Assembly (NCBI RefSeq): GCF_000015145.1
Contig: NC_008818.1
Coordinates: forward strand, 300,001 to 332,000
Reading direction: 5' to 3'
DNA: 32,000 bases
Source of the DNA: Hyperthermus butylicus DSM 5456
GTDB taxonomy: Archaea > Thermoproteota > Thermoprotei_A > Sulfolobales > Pyrodictiaceae
Shown: positions 25,324 to 32,000 of the stretch, in pieces
How positions within the stretch are numbered: position 1 is the first letter of the stretch
How the letters are laid out: each line of letters opens with the position of its first letter
Position numbers and translations under genes: made by a program
Notes under the pieces: model-generated
Seen by the model: the letters and a program-made list of their open reading frames with translations, nothing else
What the model was told of the DNA's origin: nothing
The model's database searches: none

Positions 25324-26232
25324 TTAGCTCTCTGCGAGCTGCTGCCATATCCTGGCTAGCTCGTCCTCGTGGCCCTCTGCTGGGTAGAATAGTGGCTGGC
25401 CGTACTTCTCGACACCATAGCTTGCTATGAGGTCCTGGTGTGTAACTAGAAACTCTGCAAATTCTTCAGCAGCTTTCCTCTCCCCGCCCTGGCAGCTCTT
25501 GACCAGGTATACGCTGTAGATGTTTATGAGCTCCATGCTGTTACTGTAGAGTATTTCGAGGTTTGGTATACGTCCATCCTTCTTGAGCTTGAGGTAGGTG
25601 CCTATATCGCTTAGCGTGTAGGCTCCCAGCTCGTTAGCTCTCACGAGCGTGTCAGCCATACCAGCGCCAACCTCCAGGTACCATTTCTTCCCGTGAGGGT
25701 CTAGGCTAGCCATCCTCCAGATGCTCAGCTCCTTCACGTGTGTGCCCGAGTTGTCGCCTCGGCTCACAAACTTGGCCTTGCCTGCCTCTCCCGCCTCGTA
25801 TATTCTCCGGAATGCATCTACAGCGTTAACTGCCCGCCTCACACCCGCAGGGTCATCAGCTGGGCCCACGATTATGAAGTAGTTGTAGGCGAATATCCTC
25901 CCATCCTCTATAACGCCCTTCTCTATGTACTCCTTTTCTAGGCTTGGCGCGTGGACAAACACTATACAAGCGTCGCCCTGCGCAGCTCTCCTTAGAGCTT
26001 CACCACTACCGACAGGTATGAAGTCTATTTCCACCTTCGGATGCGTCTTCCTGAACTCCTGCTCCAGGTACTCCAGCAGCCCCGTAGCATAGAGGCTCGT
26101 GGTTGTTGTCGCCCTAACCCTCACATTGCCCGTATCCTTGCCCGGGAGGAGCTGGTATGCCACAATAGCTGATGCGAGTAGGACAACTGCTAGCACTACA
26201 ATAGCCATCGTGCGGCTGCGCACTACCACCAT
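25324..26232 (-). CDS. tupA: Tungstate-type ABC transporter substrate-binding protein
   Basis: TTTSLYATGLLEYLEQEFRKTHPKVEIDFIPVGSGEALRRAAQGDACIVFVHAPSLE ... VSRGDNSGTHVKELSIW ... GAGMADTLVRANELGAYTLSDIGTY. Confidence 0.88.
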   Translation of the reverse strand: MVVVRSRTMAIVVLAVVLLASAIVAYQLLPGKDTGNVRVRATTTTSLYATGLLEYLEQEFRKTHPKVEIDFIPVGSGEALRRAAQGDACIVFVHAPSLEKEYIEKGVIEDGRIFAYNYFIIVGPADDPAGVRRAVNAVDAFRRIYEAGEAGKAKFVSRGDNSGTHVKELSIWRMASLDPHGKKWYLEVGAGMADTLVRANELGAYTLSDIGTYLKLKKDGRIPNLEILYSNSMELINIYSVYLVKSCQGGERKAAEEFAEFLVTHQDLIASYGVEKYGQPLFYPAEGHEDELARIWQQLAES

Positions 26233-26267
26233 CCATTTTCTGCGGGCAGAGCCTGCAAATATTTATC

Positions 26268-26289
26268 CGTTACCTAGTACCGGATAACG
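26268..26289. promoter_or_regulatory. ModE-operator-like imperfect palindrome upstream of tupA
   Basis: CGTTACCTAGTACCGGATAACG: CGTTA-N12-TAACG, directly upstream (minus strand) of GATAAATATTT, a TATA-like element, 36 bp from the tupA start. Confidence 0.5.
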
Positions 26290-26326
26290 ACCTTTGCTAA
26301 TAATAATTATTATGGCCCCGATGGGC

Positions 26327-27430
26327 TTAGAGCTCTAGGATGTCCCCGGTGTTGCTGGCTACGCGGTAGCCTGGAAGCGTGCTAAGGACTTCGTGAAACT
26401 CTTTGCTTGACAGGGCTTCAAGGAATTGTTCGACAGGCCTTGTTTTTAGCCTGGAACGGGGTATGAGGAAGTCGAACTGCTCCCAGCGTACCGGGGTAAA
26501 GCTTAGCCCGTGTAGTAGTGCTGCTGCCTGCAGCGCGAGACCCACGTCGGCCTCTCCACGCGCAACCACGCCGGCAACTTCCATGTGGGTGCGCGCCTCG
26601 ACGCTGTAGCCTTTAACGATCTCTGGTATCTTCGCTGGGTCTATGCCGTGGCGTTTTGCTTCTCTTGCCAGGAGATCGTCGAGAACCAGCCTTGTTCCGG
26701 TGCCCTTCTGTCTGTTGACGAGCCTCAGCCTCCCCCTGATAATGCCTTCAAGTATTTCGTCTAGACTCATTTGCTCCCTAGAGACGAAGCCTAGAAGCCT
26801 CTCGTAGCCCTTGACTAGTACTGCTACACCCCTGGGCAAGGTATTCCGAAGATAGGGGATGTTGTAGCCCTCCCCCGTGTATATATGGATGCCAGCCACG
26901 TCGGCTTCTTCAAGGAGTACTGAGGCTACGCCACGGATTGATCCTAGCCAGTGCGCTTCGAATACAACACCTCTACCGCGGAGTATACCTAGAAGCCTCT
27001 CAACCGCAATGTCGTGACTGCCAGCGTAGACTCCCAGCTCTACCCTTTCACCAGCAGCTGCTAGTGACGGCTGAAACTCCTGGCCGGTAAGACTGCGGTA
27101 AGCCTCAACGAACCTTGCTATAAGCTCACGGCCAGCCTCGGTTAGTCTTGCACCACCACCACCGCGGCCCCCACGACGTGCCTCGACAAGTTTCACGCCA
27201 AGCGCATGCTCGGCCCTAGCTATGCACTCCCAGGCTCTAGAATAGGCTAGACCTACAGCCCTTGCAGCCCGCAGTATTGAGCCATACTTATCCACAGCTA
27301 TCAGCAGAGAGACGAGCTGTTCATCGACAACAAACCCGTCACAGTACAGTTTAACCTCAAGCCTTGGAACGAGACTACAGCGCAAAGCCACGTCCACTAA
27401 GCCCTGAGGATAGTGTACATACCAGCACAT
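26327..27430 (-). CDS. ModE-type winged-helix regulator fused to a PBP-like ligand-binding domain
   Basis: LLIAVDKYGSILRAARAVGLAYSRAWECIARAEHALGVKLVEARRGGRGGGGARLTEAGRELI plus RLRLVNRQKGTGTRLVLDDLLAREAKRHGI...GEADVGLALQAAA. Confidence 0.87.
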   Translation of the reverse strand: MCWYVHYPQGLVDVALRCSLVPRLEVKLYCDGFVVDEQLVSLLIAVDKYGSILRAARAVGLAYSRAWECIARAEHALGVKLVEARRGGRGGGGARLTEAGRELIARFVEAYRSLTGQEFQPSLAAAGERVELGVYAGSHDIAVERLLGILRGRGVVFEAHWLGSIRGVASVLLEEADVAGIHIYTGEGYNIPYLRNTLPRGVAVLVKGYERLLGFVSREQMSLDEILEGIIRGRLRLVNRQKGTGTRLVLDDLLAREAKRHGIDPAKIPEIVKGYSVEARTHMEVAGVVARGEADVGLALQAAALLHGLSFTPVRWEQFDFLIPRSRLKTRPVEQFLEALSSKEFHEVLSTLPGYRVASNTGDILEL

Positions 27431-27570
27431 AGTATTATTTCATGCTACTGGCCTAGCCTTGGGCATCCAGACACAGCGTCTTGTCTCCTCGCTCTCTAGT
27501 CTCCCGCCTAGCCTAGATTAAGGGGGATGTGCCCCGGTAAGCGTTAAGGGAGAGTGTAGAGCCGGAACAG

Positions 27571-28016
27571 GTGGTGTGCGTGGCTAAGGTTCGCGTGGAG
27601 GCTGAGGCTAGACCTACGGAGGACGTGGAGAAGGTTAAGCAAGCGATACTAAACGTGTTCATACCGGACCGTATATGGGTCGAGGATCTTGGCCGTGGCT
27701 ACCGCCTCGTTGTTGCTGAGTCCTACTCGCTGCGTAGCCTTGTTAAGTTGTATGAGATGTTGAGGCAGGAGAGGATACTCGATGCTGCGAGGAGCTACAT
27801 GATGCGGTGTGTTGAGCGCGGTGTGCTTGTGTTTAAGCTGAATAAGCAAGCACATATGTTGGCAGGGTAAGCATGGTCGACATGGACTCTGAAGCGCCAC
27901 TGGGCCCAATAACATTCATCGTCGAGCATAGCAACCCGAGGGAGGTTGTTGACTGGCTAGCTCCCCCCACGCGTATGGGAAGGCCTATCTATGAGAAACC
28001 AATGCCCAGCGACTAG
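27571..28016 (+). pseudogene. UPF0201-family protein interrupted by a single frame break
   Basis: Frame 1 ...VRVEAEARPTEDVEKVKQAI...RILDAARSYMMRCVERGVLVFKLNKQAHMLAG*; alternate frame continues TYVGRVSMVDMDSEAPLGPITFIVEHSNPREVVDWLAPPTRMGRPIYEKPMPSD*. Confidence 0.8.
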
Positions 28017-28069
28017 CAGCGTATTACGGGGCAAGCCTTCTAAGCCTCTCACCCAGCATAGCCGTAAAC

Positions 28070-28645
28070 ATGCCTGGGGGCACTGTGTCGGGGGCACATC
28101 GACTCATAATACTTGTCGCTGGCATGCCTGGCAGCGGCAAAAGCGTTCTCTCCTCGATCGCGAGGTCCATGGGGATACCCGTCTACGTTATGGGTGATAT
28201 TGTACGGGAGGAGGCCCGCAGAAGGGGTATCGAGCCTACACCCGAAAACCTCAACCGGCTTGCTAGGCTCCTACGCGAAGAGCACGGCTCAACGGTTGTA
28301 GCTGAGAGGACGGCCTCAAAGATAGCCAGCGACGACCACTCCATAGTCCTCGTGGACGGTGTCCGCAGCCTCGACGAGGTGGCAGTCTTCGAGAAGCTCG
28401 GTAAAACCGTGATAGTCGCGGTGCACGCCTCTCCCCGGACTAGGTTTGAGAGGATCCGGAGGCGGGGACGGCCCGGGGATCCGACTACGTGGGAGGAGTT
28501 TCGCCAGCGCGACCTTACAGAGCTGGGGTTCGGACTCGGAAACGTGATAGCCCTCGCAGACTACATGCTCGTGAACGAGTTGAGCCTCGAGGAGTTCGAG
28601 GCGGAGGCTAAAAGGCTGCTCTCGAGGCTTACCGGGCAGGGCTAA
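28070..28645 (+). CDS. UPF0200 / dephospho-CoA-kinase-like P-loop nucleotide kinase
   Basis: LIILVAGMPGSGKSVLSSIARSMGIPVYVMGDIVREEARRRG...VLVDGVRSLDEVAVFEKL. Confidence 0.85.
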   Translation: MPGGTVSGAHRLIILVAGMPGSGKSVLSSIARSMGIPVYVMGDIVREEARRRGIEPTPENLNRLARLLREEHGSTVVAERTASKIASDDHSIVLVDGVRSLDEVAVFEKLGKTVIVAVHASPRTRFERIRRRGRPGDPTTWEEFRQRDLTELGFGLGNVIALADYMLVNELSLEEFEAEAKRLLSRLTGQG

Positions 28646-29061
28646 GCGCTAGCCTCTACGCCGACACCAGCCTCGGCAATAGCTGGCTGCAGCTCAAAGC
28701 CTTCAGCCCTAATGCCGAGCAGACTAGCTATCCTTACAGCCTCACTGTAGACGAGTTCCTTCACAGCTGGCGAGAGCAACAGGTCGTCGAGGTACAGCCT
28801 ACCATCGACACCCTCGTAGACGAGGCCCGCCCGGCGGTAGAACCCCAGCTCTGCTACTACGTCAGCTACGCGGAACCCTCTGGGCAGGTAACCCGTCTCC
28901 CTCAGCCGGTAGAGGTCGTCAAGCAGCCGCGGCAGGCTGGCAGGCTCCAGGGCTAGCCTCGCCAGCACCGCGACCCGGAGCACCTCAAGGGAGCGCAGGT
29001 ATTCGCTGTACGTTACACTCCAGCTCCAAACATACTCTAGACAAGCCATACCCCTCGGCAC
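28642..29061 (-). CDS. Hypothetical protein, 139 aa; stop codons overlap convergent gene by 4 bp
   Basis: Coherent ORF with no good alternative on this stretch; no family recognised. Confidence 0.6.
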   Translation of the reverse strand: MPRGMACLEYVWSWSVTYSEYLRSLEVLRVAVLARLALEPASLPRLLDDLYRLRETGYLPRGFRVADVVAELGFYRRAGLVYEGVDGRLYLDDLLLSPAVKELVYSEAVRIASLLGIRAEGFELQPAIAEAGVGVEASA

Positions 29062-29242
29062 CCAGATTATTACTCTAGCACCAGCCGCGTGTATCCGGGG
29101 GAGGGCGTAGTATCAACCAGGTATAACCAACGATAATACGATGCTACTGCACTAGGAGCGTGTACCCTCAGGATTAGCGCGTCCTCAGTGCTTGACACGG
29201 TTCACGTAGCGGCTCCAAAATACTCATCTTGTCTTGACCAAG

Positions 29243-29266
29243 CTATATAACTGAAATCATTTCAGT
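29243..29266 (+). promoter_or_regulatory. TATA-like element followed by a palindrome
   Basis: ctatataACTGAAAtcaTTTCAGT: TATA-like sequence then a perfect 7-bp inverted repeat with 3-nt spacer, ahead of GTG at 29288. Confidence 0.5.
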
Positions 29267-29287
29267 AATTGTTTTCCTGGTGATATA

Positions 29288-31037
29288 GTGACACGTTCCC
29301 TCCTAGTAGCTGCTGCAGCTGCCGTAGCTGTAGCAGCAATAATCCTGGCACCCGCATTATTCGATAAGGATAGCTATGGGGTAACGTTCGTCGTTGAGCC
29401 ATCCGCATTAGAGCTTAATGGTAGACAACTCTTCGGCCACGTGCAGGTCGTGATATCAACCCCTAATGGTCCAATCACCAAGGACTACAATATCAGCGGG
29501 AGCAGGCAGCTAGTAATACACGTCTCTATCCCCGAGCGCGTCGTAGAGGAGTGGATGGAGTTCTACAAAGAGTTCGAGAACTACGCAGGAAAGACGGGGG
29601 TAAAGGCGCCGGGTAAGCCTCTGCCCACAGTCTCCCTAGTATTCTACCTCTATGACGACCAGGGGAACAGTTACACGGGAGCCTTCAGCTTCTCAACAGT
29701 AACATACCTAATGATGTTCAAGAAGACACCGCTAGATAAGGCAGTAGAGATGGCAAGTGAAAACCCGTTCCTAGCATTCACCAAGAAGCCAGTGGTTACA
29801 CTGAGGAGCCCAGTCGAAATCGGCTTACGCAAGGTAGGAGATATGGCTCCACCCATTGTCAAGGAGATGTTGAAAGAGGCAGAGGAGAGGAGAGCCGACC
29901 TATCCAAGCCACTAGTAGCGACAGCTTATACCGCCTCGACGGGGCAGTGCACACCATACACACTGGTATGGTTCGAGGAGCTATACGACGCCGCGTACAA
30001 TCCCCCGAAGGGTGGAGACAACGAATCATAAACGCCGACTCACAATGCCCCGAGGGACTCTGGTACTTCTTCGCCACAAGATTCTCCAAAGCCTACTACT
30101 ATCCCGCAAGCACCTACACCGCCGAAGAAGCATTACAAGCAACAATAGCTCAGACCGGGATCCCAAGCAGAGTATACACCATGGACGACTTCCTCTACAG
30201 ACTTGCACGGGCCGGTGCTCCTGCCTGCATCTCCGCAGAATGGAGAGATGCTATAACCCCAAGCTTCAAACTATACGATGTACCAGTCATAGGCGCGAGA
30301 GTAACATACTATGAAGATAAGCCAGTCCGAGTAGGACTTATATTTGCAGGCTTTGGTGGCACAACATACAGTAGTGGCACAACATACCGTGAAACTATAG
30401 TAAACCCGCAACAACACACATTGCAGAGCCCTATTAATGGAGAATAAAATCGCTCAGTATATATCCCGAGCAGAGGTACTGGCAAGGCTATATAATGGTT
30501 CCAACGATCTACTACCTTCAAGCGGATGGAGTTATAGTGGTATATGATGTTGACCGAGTCTATGACGGTGTTTGCTACTACTATCGTGTAGTGCCAGTAG
30601 TAACGTTTATCCCGCTCTACATGCAATATGTAATGGTAATTAACGATGTATATCCGCTGGGAATGCCATTGGATGAGCCTCCACCGGAAAGTTTCAATGA
30701 TTTACTATGGAGTCCATATGCCGTTGAAGTACTAAGTAACTATTACACATCCGCTAATGTTGGCCAAATACTCTACGAGGATGTGACTGTTGGAGGTACA
30801 GTGTGGGGCGAGGTTGCTGGCGTTGGTACGAACCCACTGAAAACGTATGTTGATGTAGTGCTTAACGGCGTGTTTGGTGCTGTTGGTGAGGTTGGCACGC
30901 TTACATCCATATTCTACACCATTATCAGCAACTCGATATCGCATGCAGAGTTTAATGCCGGATTTGCAGCCATAGGAGTAGATATAGTTGTTGAAACAAC
31001 AGCTTCAACATACAATCTTGCTTTATACAGTTTATAA
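29288..31037 (+). pseudogene. Large predicted secreted/membrane-anchored protein split over three frames
   Basis: 29288..30031 (signal/TM N-terminus), then 29947..30447 frame (NADSQCPEGLWYFFATRFSKAYYYPASTYTAEEALQ...), then 30495..31037 frame (SIYPEQRYWQGYIMVPTIYYLQADGVIVVYDV...). All three have coherent composition. Confidence 0.6.
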
Positions 31038-31301
31038 GTCTACGCTGCTGGATGCTGCTACGTCGTCCTACATGCCGTTAATCGGCTACTATACTGTTGA
31101 GGTTGGCACGCCCTAAGCTCCTCCGCCGGGTGCGCAGTCGAAAAGAAGCTGTAGGAGCTCCCTGAACTCTTGTGAGGGCTTCTATACTGGGTTCACGTTT
31201 TTGAACCTTGAAAATCTTTCTTTATATCCCGGCTATATCTTTTGCACACGCTAGACTTTCTATGTGTGCTTCTGGTTTGCTATTCTTCTCGGGGCTGTGT
31301 G

Positions 31302-32000
31302 TTGGCTGGGGAGGACGGGTACGGGATTCCGCGTAGCCACCCGCGCTACTGGAGCCTCGTGATACGTGAGAAGCTTGTCGAGGCTTTCCGCGAGGGCATA
31401 GTTGTACCGCAGGGCCTCATAGCTCATGGTAGGGGTGAGTGCTTCGACTACCTGATAGGCGAGGAGACGCAGCCCTTCGCCCAGGAGGCTATAGAGGCTG
31501 CAGCTGCGGCGCTCCTCCTCGCGGAACACCCTGTGATATCTGTTAACGGGAACACGGCCGCCCTAGCGGCTGAGCACATGGTACGCCTCGCGGAGCTTCT
31601 CGGTGCGCCCCTGGAGGTGAACCTATTCTACCGCACCGAGGAGAGAGCGCGGAAGATAGCTGAGCTGCTAAGGAGGCATGGCGCGCGCCGCGTCCTAGGC
31701 GTCGAGGATGCCACTGCGAGGATTCCTGGGCTGCCGAGCCCGCGGGGGATGGTTAGCCCCAATGGCATCTACCGGGCCGACGTTGTCCTCGTAGCGCTCG
31801 AGGATGGCGACCGCACCGAGGCGCTCCGGAGGATGGGTAAAACCGTTATAGCAATCGACCTCAACCCGCTGAGCCGCACAGCGAGGACAGCAAACATAAC
31901 CATTGTTGACAACATCGTCCGTGCCGCGCCGAGACTCGTAGAGGCCGTGGAGAAGCTAAGGAGCAGGCCGCGGAGCGAGCTTGAACAAATACTGGCAAGA
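31302..32000 (+). CDS. 4-phosphopantoate--beta-alanine ligase, C-terminus beyond window; exact start uncertain
   Basis: Continuous frame not listed in the ORF track: [56 protein letters not shown]...[109 protein letters not shown]. Confidence 0.88.
   Translation, partial: MAGEDGYGIPRSHPRYWSLVIREKLVEAFREGIVVPQGLIAHGRGECFDYLIGEETQPFAQEAIEAAAAALLLAEHPVISVNGNTAALAAEHMVRLAELLGAPLEVNLFYRTEERARKIAELLRRHGARRVLGVEDATARIPGLPSPRGMVSPNGIYRADVVLVALEDGDRTEALRRMGKTVIAIDLNPLSRTARTANITIVDNIVRAAPRLVEAVEKLRSRPRSELEQILAR

Noticed and set aside
31260-31529. 89-aa minus-strand ORF
   Set aside because: Antisense to the strongly recognisable phosphopantoate--beta-alanine ligase.
1-32000. Search for a CRISPR array prompted by the CARF-like gene
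   Set aside because: No regularly spaced direct repeats of 24-37 bp seen on reading; not a computed search.
1-32000. tRNA genes in intergenic regions
   Set aside because: No GGTTCRAAYCC-type T-loop with a matching acceptor stem found in the gaps; tRNAscan-SE would be decisive.

Overview
32 kb of an archaeal chromosome. Gene content, GTG/TTG starts with GGAGGTG-type ribosome-binding sites and TATA-type promoters point to a hyperthermophilic crenarchaeon (Desulfurococcales/Pyrodictiaceae-like; inference only). Supported content: a sugar-type ABC transporter (two permeases plus binding protein); a malate/lactate dehydrogenase; a nickel-maturation cluster (thioredoxin-like protein, HypB, HypA, a NikR-like RHH-ACT protein); an NDH-2-like flavoprotein; a CARF/wHTH (Csa3-like) orphan regulator next to Nep1; an MBL hydrolase; a GDPD; a decayed IS605-type TnpB beside an orphan PIN protein; a ThiB/ThiP-like transporter; a radical SAM enzyme; proC; a type IV pilin-like protein; a Trm-G10-like methyltransferase; a VapBC pair; a Tup-like tungstate transporter with a ModE-like regulator; UPF0201/UPF0200; a surface protein split by frameshifts; and phosphopantoate--beta-alanine ligase. 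The most unusual observations are: (1) a 117-bp inverted copy (116/117 identical) shared by the 5' end of proC and a secreted binding protein, where it is read antisense as an S/T/N/P-rich linker; proC itself has no canonical start codon before its Rossmann motif; (2) a NikR-like protein that seems to lack all four nickel ligands, inside a hypAB cluster; (3) an orphan CARF-HTH regulator with no visible CRISPR; (4) a ModE-operator-like palindrome abutting the tupA TATA box; (5) several separate -1-type frame breaks (TnpB, UPF0201, surface protein). I found no CRISPR array, rRNA or convincing tRNA.
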